Below, in pieces: positions 31,186-43,657 of a DNA stretch of 64,000 nucleotides. The DNA comes from a virus, in IMG/VR virus record IMGVR_UViG_3300027850_000003, positions 1 through 64,000 of that record; one strand, 5' to 3'. The notes beneath the pieces are model-generated. The model was not told where the DNA came from. It did not search any database and was given only the letters and a program-made list of their open reading frames with translations. Made by a program: the position numbers and the translations under genes. Within the stretch, counting starts at the first letter, position 1; the number at the start of each line of letters is the position of its first letter.

Positions 31186-33109
31186 TTGTTCCTCCTAAAT
31201 TTACAAAAAAAGACCTAGCATTTCTACTAAGTCTTTTGACAACTACTAAAGTGGAATCAATTAGATAGGTTGCTCTAAATATTGATTATAGAATTTAGAG
31301 GAAACTGCTTTCCCCTTTAAATCAGGAACCAGACTCTCAGGAGCTAAATCACTTCCATAATTCATCATGAAAGACTCATAAATTTTGTACTCTGGGTGAT
31401 TTTGCATAGGAGCCTTTGTGTCCTGTATTGGCTGAAGTTCCAATAGCACAGACATTAGGGAGTCGCGAATTGCTGCTACTTCAATATCATCCCAATCCTC
31501 ACGAGGCTCATAATACTCCAAAATCTCTTGATATAGTGCTTGTTCCTCATCTGATACAATCACAACCCAAATCTGTAAATTCTCAAAGAAAGATTGAATT
31601 CCTTGAGAGGTATTAGAAACTGGGTCTAACAAGAAAAAGATAACCTGTTTCGTCAACCCTTTTGCAGGTAAGTATTTTTTCAGAAAACGATACTCACTGC
31701 AAGCTTTCCGAATTGCACTCTTGATGTTTTCTCCTAAACCGTAAGATAGCTGAGAACGAAGAAGATTTTCAAGAGAAAAAAGGTCTTCATCATTAAATAC
31801 GATTGCATGGTTCAAGATGGACATATGTTTAGCCTCGTGAGGATTGGTAAATGCTACTTAAAAGGTTAACTCAGTAGCTTAGTTTGACCTAAGATTTATT
31901 CTTCAAACGTACCTATTAAGCCTTCTCTCATAAACTTAAGAAGCATTTCCTTAGCAGACATATTTTGGTCGTATAAATTTAGTGCTATACTCTTAAGCAA
32001 TTCAAATTGTTCTACAGTTATATTGGAAAGTATAACTCTATTTTTTACGTTTTCAAAGTCTTTCTCAAGATTCATTAATCTAATCCTAATACAGTTTTTA
32101 AAGCTTGGTTAAGGTAGCTGATATCGTTACTAGATATAGTCTCCACCGATCTGTGGAGTTCAAAATTAACCCCTTCAACGTTTCAGAGCGCACTTCGGCT
32201 GAGTTATTTAGCGGAGAATTAAATTGTAATCATTATCAAACAATGGAACAAACTCATCCCAGTAAATTAATGGATCTAGTCTGCCCCATAAAAGCTTCTC
32301 CCAATTCTTCTCAGTTCTATAATAATTAATTTCAGAGTAAAATTTAGCTTCTCTCACTGCAAGATTAAAACTAAACTTACAATCTTCTTTCCATTCTTTT
32401 ACTTGCTTAGTATTATTGATTCTCCTCATTGCTGTTAATCGCCCTTCAGTAAAATAAGGAGCTTCCAAATATTGAATTTGACATACTTCAGGAATATCTG
32501 AATTTGGATATAGCTCTACTAAAGCTAATGTGTTGGAATTGAGTCTTAAGAATCGGTACTTAACTGGTACTATCATAAAAACCTCCAAAGAGAAAAGAAA
32601 TTTAACGAGACTATACTTTTTCCTTAATTACTCTAATTTTTCCATCAGAACCTAAATAACTAAAAACCTCCCATTGTGAAGTAGAAGAGCAGTTTACCAA
32701 TACTCCTAAGTTGTTTAAAACTCTTTCTTCCCAATCAGAGTACAAATCATTAAGAGAAATAGTAAGACTGTCATTAACTGAAATATCACTAACATCCTCT
32801 AACGGTGCTACATACACCTTTTCAGTAAAAATAATAGTAATATTGACACTAATATCTTGCTCTATTAGGGGATAAATGTCTCTTGGACTTTCCACTACTG
32901 CATCCCATCCTCCTGTTATCCAATGCCCTTGTAGTATCCTAGACTCATCTAAAGCTTTCTGGACATTAATTAAGGTCATAATTTTCTTTGATAGTAAGAG
33001 TGAGCTTTCATTGTTCTAATAATCTGCACATCTAAATAAAAGAATACTCGTACTAATTGTTTCTAACTAATACGAGCAAATTTTATTTTTTTTCTTTAAA
33101 CCTTAAGAG

Positions 33110-33478
33110 CTAAGAACCAAATCCTAACTCAATTGCATTCTCAATAATAGGGAGAAAGTCTAGAGGATACGCAGCAACATGAGCGGTTTGTTGTTTTCCA
33201 CTTTTATCAACATAGCGTTTAATAGCTTGAGCAGGTTTTTTACCAGTTAGATTTCTATATCCTACTGCAATGTCCGGTACACCATTTTCAAAAGTACGCC
33301 GATCGTCCTCAAACCCAAGCTCTGTAAGCATTTCAACTAGCTTTTTTGACATCTGCTGAACGTCCAAATTACTTCGAGAAATACCTAGTAGCTGACACAA
33401 TCCGTATTTTGTAATACTTCCTTTTCCTTCTTTATCTACTGATATTTCTGACCGAATACCTTTAAGCACTTCTACCAT
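33110..33478 (-). CDS. Putative DNA-binding protein, possibly internally deleted
   Basis: GKGSITKYGLCQLLGIS...GVPDIAV resembles cyanobacterial phage DNA-binding proteins; has its own promoter. Confidence 0.4.
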   Translation of the reverse strand: MVEVLKGIRSEISVDKEGKGSITKYGLCQLLGISRSNLDVQQMSKKLVEMLTELGFEDDRRTFENGVPDIAVGYRNLTGKKPAQAIKRYVDKSGKQQTAHVAAYPLDFLPIIENAIELGFGS

Positions 33479-33533
33479 TTGAGAATTTAAATTAGAAAGT
33501 CATTATTTTTATTTGTTTTAATTGTTCTACTTT

Positions 33534-33562
33534 ATTCTAATTGATAACAGCAGATTTGTCAA
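33534..33562 (-). promoter_or_regulatory. Sigma70-type promoter
   Basis: TTGACA-17 bp-TAGAAT on minus strand upstream of 33478. Confidence 0.75.
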
Positions 33563-34001
33563 GCAACTTCTAAAAAATACCTATTAAATCTACTACCAAT
33601 CACAATCATCTCTACTACACTTAATACCTTCAGGATTATACTTATTACACTTAGTACAAATATAAAGGTTATTAATAACTTCTAAGGCTTGAGTAGCAGT
33701 AATAGATGCGTTCATTTCACCTTGTTTTAAAGGGATTATTTGTCTATCATCTACTTTATTAATAAATTTTTTTACCCAATCAGGGTTATCTATCGCCTTA
33801 AATATTTTAGTATTCAAAAAATGAGTACACCCAAAATCTAAGGAAAATATATCATCTCTTTTACCTTTAATACAGTTAAAGATAGGGCAACCTACAAGTC
33901 TGCGTTGCTCCCCTACTATCTCATCTTCACTTTTACTTTTCAACCAAGATTTGAACTCGTCTAATGTCAAGGGATAGCTCATAGTATTTTTCCTCTAAGA
34001 G

Positions 34002-34475
34002 TTAAACGTAAACTTCTATGTCAAATAAGCAATCTTTAAATGTATCTGTAATTACTTCAATAACTTTTTCTCTATTCAATCCGCCTTGTCCACATCCTAT
34101 AAGAGGTACAGCTAACAAAGGAGACGGGTACTCATTATTAGGGAATATACTTATAATATCTATTACTAGCTGGGCTAATCCTTTTTCTATCCAATCTATT
34201 TTTGAGGGCTTCCTCCAATCTTCTTTAGTACAAAAATTAATGATACGTCTATCTCCTTTTAAGTAGTCTTCTACTTTAGGATAATAAAATAATAAATCAC
34301 CTCCTTTAGGACTAGAAGAGGAACAGAAAGACTTATAAAATTTAAAGTTCTCAGGAAATCGTTGTTTCATCTCAAGAGCTAACCCTTTTCCCATAACCCC
34401 TTTAGTATTAACTGGGTTAATTAAATAGTTAGCCGTCGAACTAAATATGTCTTGATCTTTCTTAAATATAATCAT
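34002..34475 (-). CDS. Macrodomain protein (DarG/ADP-ribose hydrolase-like)
   Basis: INPVNTKGVMGKGLALEMK, IINFCTKEDWR and PLIGCGQGGL motifs. Confidence 0.9.
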   Translation of the reverse strand: MIIFKKDQDIFSSTANYLINPVNTKGVMGKGLALEMKQRFPENFKFYKSFCSSSSPKGGDLLFYYPKVEDYLKGDRRIINFCTKEDWRKPSKIDWIEKGLAQLVIDIISIFPNNEYPSPLLAVPLIGCGQGGLNREKVIEVITDTFKDCLFDIEVYV

Positions 34476-35262
34476 AGAAGTAATCCTCCATTAATTCTTT
34501 AGTAGTTATCTCGTTTACAAGACTCTCAATTTTATAACTTCCTGCTTTACTATCCTTGCTTATGAAGTTACTAGGATTATTCTTAAACAATCTATTATTA
34601 AGAGCTTGAGTCCCATTTTTGTATAACATATCAAGGGATAAGTTTTTCCCGGTCTCTACTCCTAATAGTGGTCTGTTTCTCTTAAGACTTTTGATTGTCT
34701 CGGAGATTTTATTGATTCTTTTTTCTGGTACTTTATGTCTCATGAGTTTTCTCCTAGAGTTTAGTAGCTAAAGTGTCAATTAATTAGATATAGTCTCAAT
34801 GATTGTAAGGGTAAAGTTGATTAACTAATAGGAGTAAAATTGCGCCTACCAATATTTGAGATAAACTACTAATCGAATAATTTCTAATGATAGAGTTAAT
34901 GGTTCTATCACTTATTCCAAAAGTTAATAAAAATACAACTAACCACCAGCATTGAAGCTTACTCATACAAACCTACTTTATTAGGAAAGATTATTTCTAA
35001 TTGATTATATAAATTTTTTGCTACTTCTTCTATTGCTACTGTTCTAGAAAGTTCAAAATTCCAATCTTGTAGATGTTTGCTATTCTCTGCTAAAAAAGTG
35101 CCTTCTACTTCCCAACTATATTCCCACAAAAATTTTGCTAAGAGATTAAGCTCCTCTTTAGTAAGTCTTAGCTTCCCTCCTATAGATACTTGGATATAAT
35201 ATTCTTCAAGTTGAATATCGTCATGAATCTTAATTAATATTTTGTTGTACTTATCCATAAGA

Positions 35263-35724
35263 TTATTCATCTTTAGTATCCACTAAATAAAGACCAATCG
35301 CATCAATAGTATCTAACTCTTTTTTAGGAATTTTAGATACATCCATTTTTTTAGCTACCCAAAACCTAACCTCATCTTTACTAGCATTTCCTTTTCCGGT
35401 TAACCTAAGTTTCATAGTCTTGGGGGAAATAGTTCGATAAATAGAATTAGTTAGGTAACATTCAAGCTCTACTATACCAACTACCTTAGATAGATTAGAA
35501 CCATTAAGTCCAGCTAATACGGGTAATTCAACTAAACAATCTTCTATCTTATGTTCAGAAAACAGATTAGATAGAAAAACCTTAATAGAATTTAATCTTT
35601 CACCATTACTTTCTTTAGGAGTAGTAGTGAATGTTCCGTATTTGATTAGTTCGTTATTACTGGATATTGCCCAACCTAATCGAGTAAATCCTATATCGAG
35701 GTAAATATTTGAGATATCAGTCAT
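35263..35724 (-). CDS. ruvC: Holliday junction resolvase
   Basis: LDIGFTRLGW, VE, TGKGNASKDEV and DTIDAI motifs. Confidence 0.9.
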   Translation of the reverse strand: MTDISNIYLDIGFTRLGWAISSNNELIKYGTFTTTPKESNGERLNSIKVFLSNLFSEHKIEDCLVELPVLAGLNGSNLSKVVGIVELECYLTNSIYRTISPKTMKLRLTGKGNASKDEVRFWVAKKMDVSKIPKKELDTIDAIGLYLVDTKDE

Positions 35725-36533
35725 GCTACAACCTTTTTTCTTATCATAGCATGACTTAAAAATCTACTAGCTATCACTTAAATGAAACAGACTGTAAACC
35801 TGTTATTGTCGTTAAGGTTTACTATTAGAAATGGAACTCTCTTTCAAACTTTTCTCCTGTCTTTAAGTTCATTACTCTTTTAATTTTTGGTTTAGTTTTT
35901 TGTTTGCTAATAAGGGTAACTTCCATTGTTTCCCTATAAACACATTTAGGTACTTCCTCAAAAAAGAGTCTGTTTTTACCTCTACCTAGATATTCATTAG
36001 ACTTTATGGTATAAGTTCCTTTGCATCCTGGAAAAACTACTACATCCCCTGTTTCTAAATTTCTTACTAATTTAGTCTCAGGAAATTCTTCAACCTTAGA
36101 CTCTACTGAACTCATCTTCCTCTCAAAATATAGCTTTTTTACATCATTGAGACTAATATCGAAAACCCCATAGAACAGAGCATGAGCCTCAACTAACTGC
36201 TGTCTTAGTTCAAGCGGACTCCAATCATTCTTCTCTTCTTTTCCTGCTAAGTCATCAAGATAAACACAAAGTTGGTCTAACATATTATCCTCTTTTTTAC
36301 TACCTAAATATGTGAATTGCTCTGTATCACCATAAAGCCTAGAAGCATTCATACCTTCATAATAAATTTCAGTTGCTGCATCTGCATACATCTTCACGCT
36401 CCTTACTGTACAAACACTTTTACTATATGGAGGATTTACTACATCTCCTACTTTCAATTCACTAGCTCTTATAGTCATTGTGATTTCTCCTAAGTAAATT
36501 GGTAATAGTTTAACGTCATTACGGACAAAGAAC

Positions 36534-37649
36534 TTACTTTTTGCTATCGTAATGTTGATTCATTACTTTACAACTAAGATTATTACTATCTAACGTTCTT
36601 ACTATTATACCTTCCACTGCCCAGTTATCATTTATCTCATAATCATTAAAAATACCTTCAGCAATTTCTACTAAATGATTGTAGTCTTTAGGGAAAATTT
36701 GAGTATAAGTGACGTACTCTAGTTCTAATTCTTTACAGATGGATTCTACTTCTTTAGGTAGTAGTTTAGTAGCATAGCCACCACTTAAATCTAAATCATC
36801 TATTCCAAATATTGATAATCCTGATTTTAGTTTAGAGTGTGGATTTTGTTTATTACCAGAACCTTTAGTTACTTCCGACCCATATATCTCACCTCTAAAA
36901 GCTAACTGTCTGTTATACCTTAAGGCTTTTTCGTATAGCCCTGTAGAATGTGCAAGTTTGACCCATCTATCTTCATTACTTGGATTATCTGCATCTTTCT
37001 TTTCTAATACTCTACTGCACACACCTACTGTTAGCCCACTTTCTTTCTCTTTAACATACAGAGAAAAACTAGAACCATCTATCTTTAAGGAATAACCAAT
37101 AGACTCCCCCGATTCAATAAGCCTATTAATATAAGATTTGAGATTTGCGCTGTTTTCTTCGTCAGTTTTATATAGAAATCCTGGTAGATTACCTTTAGTA
37201 TTACCAGTACCAAATTTTTCAGGTTCTTCATACTTAGTAATATTTAAAAACTCAGCTAAGTCATTCACATCTTCAGGAATATCTACTTCATTTTCAGGTA
37301 AAAGAATACCATTTGAATAAATAACGTCGCTACTATTCTCCTTAGTAAAGTTAAATTTAATAGCTCTAATCCTATTATTTCTGCCTAGTTTAGATTTTTT
37401 AGGATCACCATTAGGAGTTATAAAGCTACTAAATAGTTTCGTATCAGGAACACAGTAGTCAGGTTGAATATATAGCGCTTTATCTCCAATCTGATATAAA
37501 TCTTTTTGAGACACTACATTGAACCCACATTCCTCCCCATTAAGGAATGAGAAATTAATTAGTTCTATATTTGTAGCTTCTTCTCCCGTTCCTTTCTTAA
37601 TTAGTGGGTATTTAACAGTGATAGTTACAATTTCTACTGGATTAATCAT
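36534..37649 (-). CDS. RNA ligase (Rnl2/DRB0094-like)
   Basis: KTDEE, KIDGSS, VCSR, RGEIYG, EGIIVR and CKV nucleotidyltransferase motifs. Confidence 0.88.
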   Translation of the reverse strand: MINPVEIVTITVKYPLIKKGTGEEATNIELINFSFLNGEECGFNVVSQKDLYQIGDKALYIQPDYCVPDTKLFSSFITPNGDPKKSKLGRNNRIRAIKFNFTKENSSDVIYSNGILLPENEVDIPEDVNDLAEFLNITKYEEPEKFGTGNTKGNLPGFLYKTDEENSANLKSYINRLIESGESIGYSLKIDGSSFSLYVKEKESGLTVGVCSRVLEKKDADNPSNEDRWVKLAHSTGLYEKALRYNRQLAFRGEIYGSEVTKGSGNKQNPHSKLKSGLSIFGIDDLDLSGGYATKLLPKEVESICKELELEYVTYTQIFPKDYNHLVEIAEGIFNDYEINDNWAVEGIIVRTLDSNNLSCKVMNQHYDSKK

Positions 37650-39512
37650 TTTTTGTACTCAGTTCTTAATCTAAAAAACTCTTCTAACTCCTCAATATAA
37701 TTCACTACACTAAACAAGAATAATGAATTAAGAGCCTCATCTTCTCCATGTCTGTCTTCTGATAACTTCCATGCTAAACATATAGTAGCTAATGAAACAT
37801 CTCGGTATAATAGATCATCATAAAATCTAACTTTGAGTTTATCAATTAGTCCTGCTTTCTTCTCTAGTGGAGTAGGTTCTTCTAAATCAACTTCATAAGC
37901 ACCCGACTCGATTAAGTCTTTTACTGTCAACATAATAGTAAATTAAGAATTGAATAGTTTATTTCAAGGTAACTCTGAAGAAATTACTTTAGCATTGTCT
38001 TTGTTGGTGGTGGCTTCTAAAAGCTTAAAAACCTTACCAGTAAAGAGTTGTAGATTTTTAAGTAGCTCTCTATTGGTAGGCTCGTTAACTCGGAGTAATT
38101 AAACTACCCCCCCACGTAAATCTGATGGTAATTTTTTTTCTATTATTGGCATCCTATAAACGAGTAAAACTCTTACCTACAGAAGGTTCTAGACTTTTAA
38201 ATATACTTTTATTGGCAGGGCTTCAAGTCGTTTTAATCTTCTTCTTCAAAAACATTGTCTACTGACTCGCTTAGCTTTAAAAGTTCATCTACCTCTTCTT
38301 CTTCTTCTTCTTCTGAGTAATCATTTGACTCCACTACTCTTTCCTCAATAAAACTATTGCCTACTATAATAGGAAATTCAATAATATTTATAGTTAGAGT
38401 CTTATTACAAGAGATAACTGAGTAATTAAAATCTCCGTAGTCATCGTAATACCCATAAGTAGCGTGAAGAATCCTATAAAAAGAGTCTTGAGAGTTATAT
38501 TTAATTGATATAGGTATATTGAAAGGTTCAGTATCCTCAGCACTGTTTACATCTATTTTCTCTACAAACTCTAATATAGTTTTATCTAGTTCTTGTAAAT
38601 CTCTTAAGGGTAATTCTAAGATATACTTCTTAGCTACTGGTTTCTCTTTCTTTTGTCTTTTCTTAGGGGTGGGTTTTTCAGTTTCTTCTATATCAATATT
38701 CTTGATAGGTTTAGAGATAGTATCTTCAAAAATTATATGAAGTTTATCTATAAATATGTTAAGTTCAATAGGAGCTTTTTTAGCACTTAATACTCTCAGG
38801 AAATCTATAGTAGCTAATGGTAATTCTTTTGTTACCTCTATAGGTTGAAATTTACACCTAAGAGTAATAGAAATAAGTGCTGAATCTAGCAAGTAATATA
38901 GCTCACACTCACTATTTTTTACTTCAATCGCACAAGCCTTAAGAGATTTATTAATACCTAAATCATCTAGTCGGAAGAATTCTTTATAATCTCTAGGGTC
39001 TAAGAGTTCAACAATGCTGTTATCAGGAGTCTCATTACCTAATAGATAGTCTGTAACTTGACCTACTTCTAATTCTTCAATCTTCTTAGTTATGGATTCC
39101 AGTACAGTAGCCATATTAGCAGATTATAAATTTACTGACGTGTTCAAAATTAATATCAACTTTACTTAGAACTAATTTTTGATATTTAACAGGAAGTTCT
39201 GAATAATCTCTAGTCCTAATAATCGCACTAAGAAGATTAAAAGGAAAAAATAAGTGCTTTGTAGGTTGCTGAGTAGCTTTAAATTTTTCATCTTCAAAAT
39301 AGAGTTTAATATAACTTTCAAACGTAACTTTCCATTCTAGTTCTATTCCCTCTTTCATAATATATTGCCAAATCATCTTATCAATTTGAACAAACACGAA
39401 CCTAGTAAGAATATCTTCAGGTAAAAAGTCAGCAGTTAAATTTATGCAAGTACCTGTTTTAGCGAATACTCTTTGATTAGGAGTTAAAAATTGCCAGAGC
39501 TGTCTATCTTGT

Positions 39513-40220
39513 TTAGTTTTTAGTTTTAGACTCATTTTTTCCGATAATTAGTGACCAACCTTTGTGACTTTTTTGCTTACCTATAACTAAAGTAGAAACC
39601 CCAGCAGCAGCTAAATTAAACTTAGTTACAAATTCACATTGTAAGAGAGTATGTGTTCCATGTTCTTTATGGGTAAGCGTCACACTATTACCTCTATTAT
39701 TTATGTTAAGTACATTGCTACATTTATTTTCTGCTAGTACCCAATCTCCAACTCTGTTTCGTTTTTTACTAACTAAATCACATACACGATCTAGTTCTGG
39801 ATATTTTATTCTCAGTTCTAATCTGGTTCCAGTAACTACTCCGTATTTAGGGTTATACAAGTTAACAATTTCAGGGTTATATGTTAGATTATTTTCCCCA
39901 TCTATTCCACCTCCTTTGGCTGTATTATACCCTTTAGCAGTATTACAAGTGTCTAAATCAGCGATAAAAAATCTTTCATATTCGTATACCTTTTCATGTT
40001 CAACTTTTGCTAAAATATACCATTGCCAACTCTCAGGAGGATAAAATTTAAGTGCATTAGCAAAATGATGGGAGTATTTTACAGTATTTTTGAAATGATC
40101 TTTTTTTCTAATTGCTAAAGTTCTAGTCGTAAATCCAATATATTTCTTGCCACTAATACTATTTTCAGCACAGTAGATAGTAGCTAAAGGTTTTCTAGTA
40201 TCAGTAGCAAGAGAAGACAT
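39513..40220 (-). CDS. Free-standing GIY-YIG homing endonuclease
   Basis: TIYCAEN...KYIGFT, R, E and GYN motifs plus NUMOD-like C-terminal repeats. Confidence 0.85.
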   Translation of the reverse strand: MSSLATDTRKPLATIYCAENSISGKKYIGFTTRTLAIRKKDHFKNTVKYSHHFANALKFYPPESWQWYILAKVEHEKVYEYERFFIADLDTCNTAKGYNTAKGGGIDGENNLTYNPEIVNLYNPKYGVVTGTRLELRIKYPELDRVCDLVSKKRNRVGDWVLAENKCSNVLNINNRGNSVTLTHKEHGTHTLLQCEFVTKFNLAAAGVSTLVIGKQKSHKGWSLIIGKNESKTKN

Positions 40221-40233
40221 AAGACTTAACTCC

Positions 40234-40788
40234 TTAGATAAATTTAATTAACTGATTAACTAGAGATTCATTCTCTCTATCGTATCTTTGAGATTGATTA
40301 TTGATTACTATTCCGTCACTATTTGGTTTGAGGTAGGACTCATAATTAGATTCAGAATCTGCTTTACTATTATTTATTAAATCACTTTGAACGTACAGAG
40401 ACTTATAGTTGACTGTATAATCTTTAAAACATCTACCTAATTTTTTAAAATATAAGGACTCATACGGGTAGCGACAATCTGACACCACTATTTTAGTATT
40501 TTTAGGTAGGTTAAAAAGAATCTGATTATAAACATATTTACAGTGAATATAAATATCTACTTCTTTCATCTTTTCTCCCAACTCAATTAGGTAAGGTCTA
40601 GCGACTTCTTTTCTTTCCCTCTCCTCTAATTGCTTTAAAGTAATACCATGAATAAGACAGTAGTTTAACTTAATCAATCCTGCTAATTTCAAGTGAAGAT
40701 ATCCAAATCGTTCTTCTAGAATCTTAGCAATATGGTCTTTCCCAGACCCAATAAAGCCTGACAATGCTAGAATTTTTATTTCTTTCAT
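40234..40788 (-). CDS. Deoxynucleoside monophosphate kinase
   Basis: GFIGSGKD P-loop and VVSDCRYPYE motif. Confidence 0.8.
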   Translation of the reverse strand: MKEIKILALSGFIGSGKDHIAKILEERFGYLHLKLAGLIKLNYCLIHGITLKQLEERERKEVARPYLIELGEKMKEVDIYIHCKYVYNQILFNLPKNTKIVVSDCRYPYESLYFKKLGRCFKDYTVNYKSLYVQSDLINNSKADSESNYESYLKPNSDGIVINNQSQRYDRENESLVNQLIKFI

Positions 40789-41887
40789 CTTTTCTCTTTT
40801 TTATTAACTACTAAAAAGGGAGATAAGAACTACCTCCCAATATTTCTAATACAATTCTTTCTCTAGTTCTAACTGTTCTTTAGCCGTAGTACAATTAGAT
40901 AGCCACTCTTCATTTTGTCTTCTCAATTCCTCTAAATTTAAATTCTTTGGGAATCCATAAAGGAAATATTGAGTCTCTGAAATAACTTGTTTACCTACAT
41001 CTTCTAACTTCCAAGAATGTGTATTAGAGTAAGGGGAATGCAGTAGATGACAATGACTTGCCACAGAATAATAGCGACAACCAAAGCAACTTTCAGTTAG
41101 TTTTGTAGCAAATGGGCATTGAATAGACTCACAGATATTAATCATTTTTTCTCCTTAGTTAATTGAGTTAGTAGTTAGTTACTTCCTACTAATTAAACTA
41201 TTAGCTCTTACTTAGAACTGGAACCAGGATATGAGCGGAACAAAGCGGAACATAAGATAACTAGCCAACAGGCTTGCCAAAAGTCAATTACAGTAAGTCC
41301 AAAAATCACAGGAATCACTGCATTCCAGGCTACCATCACAATCAAACCTGATAGAAAAGATAGAAGAATTAAACCAATGACAAGTTCGAGAAATGTCCAA
41401 GTTGTTGAATTCATGTGTTTTTTCTTGTAATTTTTCTAGTTTTATGACATCTCGGTCAAAAATCTATTTCTTTGAAGTCTTACAACGTAGAATTTTCCGA
41501 AGCCATTTAATAGGAATAGCTACAAAAACGTACAGAAACTCTCGTCTACTCATTTTCTTCTATCTCACAACTATAAGGATAAAATTCAATTGATTCAGTA
41601 ATATTATTATCTGAAACTTCTAAAGTATTAATCCAAGGAAGATTACTTTTAATACCTCTATTTTTCTGATAAATAATAGCCTTAGTAACTTCTTTAGGAT
41701 TAGGTACTTGATCTAAAAAACTAAGAGAAAGAATATAACTCCAAAAAATAAAGAAATTATGATCCAAAACTAAGTTATAAGTGTTCTCCCAAGCTATTCC
41801 TCCTGACTCAATTGAATTATTAGAAATCAAGTCTAGTGGAAATACTCTTTTTTTACTTCCTACTATAAATTCAATTTTCATTTTCAT

Positions 41888-42250
41888 CTAAAACACTTGA
41901 AATATAACACTGCTATCTGTAAAGCCTACTATGGAAGTTCTATCTTCTAAATAGTCTTGTAATATCTCTTTTAGCTCCTTCTCTTCAATATCCTCCCAAT
42001 TAATTACCTCATCATTATAAACAAAATCATTAATATCTAAACTATATTCCTCAATAAACTCGTCAAAAATTAGTTCATTGAAATCACAACAAAAGCCAAT
42101 AACATCTAGCTCTATTTCTTCCCCTATATCTTCTTCCAAATATTCTAAATAATCAAAAAGTAATCGTAAACCAGAAGGACTAAAATTATCTTCTCGATTG
42201 TAATCTTTAAATTCTTTAATAAAATCATCTACATCAACTGTCTTTTTCAT
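41888..42250 (-). CDS. Conserved acidic phage hypothetical protein
   Basis: REDNFSPSGLRLLFDYLE...IELDVIGFCCDF motif. Confidence 0.6.
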   Translation of the reverse strand: MKKTVDVDDFIKEFKDYNREDNFSPSGLRLLFDYLEYLEEDIGEEIELDVIGFCCDFNELIFDEFIEEYSLDINDFVYNDEVINWEDIEEKELKEILQDYLEDRTSIVGFTDSSVIFQVF

Positions 42251-42296
42251 AAATTCTCCTTACCATCTAAGAGCTAAAGAATAAAGTCTAAAGAGA

Positions 42297-42848
42297 TTAT
42301 TCAAAAGTTATCTTACACCCGGGTAAGCTCCCTCTTAAAGAATTTATTTGAGCTAAGTCTAAAGGATTACCAAACAAATTGAGTTCAACTAACCCCGTAA
42401 GAGATTTTAAACTATTTATATCTTTTATCTGATTACTTTTTAGTCCTAAGAGCTTAAGGTTTCTCATATTAGTTAGAGGAGAAATATCAGTAATTTGATT
42501 GAAACCTAAGAATAATTCTCTTAGTCCTACGAGTTCTTCAATTCCGTCAAGAAACCTAATATTGTTTCCAATTAGGTTTAGATGTACTAGACTTTCCATA
42601 TTACAAATAGGAGTAATATCAGTAATTCGGTTATTAAATAAGACCAAATACTCAGGTCTTAGAGATTTAATAGGCTCTAAGGATAAAATATCTGATTCAT
42701 TAAGAGTTACTTGTTTTTGATTTTTCCAGTACCAGGCTGTATCCTCTAAGAAGAATGCCCCGGATTTCTTTTTTAGAACATCAATAGTAAATCTATCTTC
42801 TGGAGATAAATTGTCATAATTCTTCAAATAGTCGAGTAATGTGTTCAT
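42297..42848 (-). CDS. Leucine-rich repeat protein (internalin-like)
   Basis: About five 22-aa LxxLxLxxNxIxDIxPL repeats. Confidence 0.9.
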   Translation of the reverse strand: MNTLLDYLKNYDNLSPEDRFTIDVLKKKSGAFFLEDTAWYWKNQKQVTLNESDILSLEPIKSLRPEYLVLFNNRITDITPICNMESLVHLNLIGNNIRFLDGIEELVGLRELFLGFNQITDISPLTNMRNLKLLGLKSNQIKDINSLKSLTGLVELNLFGNPLDLAQINSLRGSLPGCKITFE

Positions 42849-43426
42849 TATTTTAATATAAATTTACTGGAAACTGTTTTTTTTGATTCTACTATTCAAT
42901 CACTGTTTTACCTCATATTTATACCCGAGACTCAAGTATTTCTGAGCAGTGGCAAATCCTGATTGAGACGACATCTTAACATCTGGAACATAAAATCGAG
43001 ATTGTTTATAGTTTATCCATTTATCTTTCTCAAACACTTCAAGGGATAGGGGAGAGTCCTCAGATACTCTTGTCCATCTTAATAGTTTATTCATCGTTTA
43101 ATTGTCCTATTATAGTAATCAGATTAATAATAAGGAGTATATCTTAGTCTTAATTATCTCCTAAAATATTCACAGCATCAACTATTGATAGTAAAGTGAC
43201 CTTAATCTTCTTACTTATCATTTTATTGAAAAGAGTAGAGATTCTTAAAGCTTCTCTTTCACTATCAACTCCATAGATGGAAATAATAGTATCTAAATCT
43301 ATCTCATCGGTGTTCTGTAACGAGTAAGAGATAGGTCTAGCTACTAAGACATTTTCCTCTTCTTGAACGATTCTTACAGCATAGAACCTTTTTAATATAG
43401 GGGCAGTATCTTCTTTTACCCAAGTC

Positions 43427-43657
43427 TTAAGTAGCACTACTCCTCCAATTAGACTCATAAGGTTTATCCGGTTCCTGTCCTAATTCTTTGCAAAATTCTA
43501 GATAATCGTCGATTGAATTTTGAAATTCTTGCTGAGCTTCTTCAATGGTTTTTGCTTTAAAGGTCACTACGTCATTAATGTCAAGCACTAGACCAAACAG
43601 AATACCAGCTTCTAAATCAACTTCAATGCTTGCACTGTAACCTTTGTAAGTCATCAT
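43427..43657 (-). CDS. hicB: HicB-family antitoxin (solo)
   Basis: MTYKGYSASIEVD...LFGLVLDINDVVTF...SIDDYLEFCKELGQEPDKPY; no hicA nearby. Confidence 0.85.
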   Translation of the reverse strand: MMTYKGYSASIEVDLEAGILFGLVLDINDVVTFKAKTIEEAQQEFQNSIDDYLEFCKELGQEPDKPYESNWRSSAT

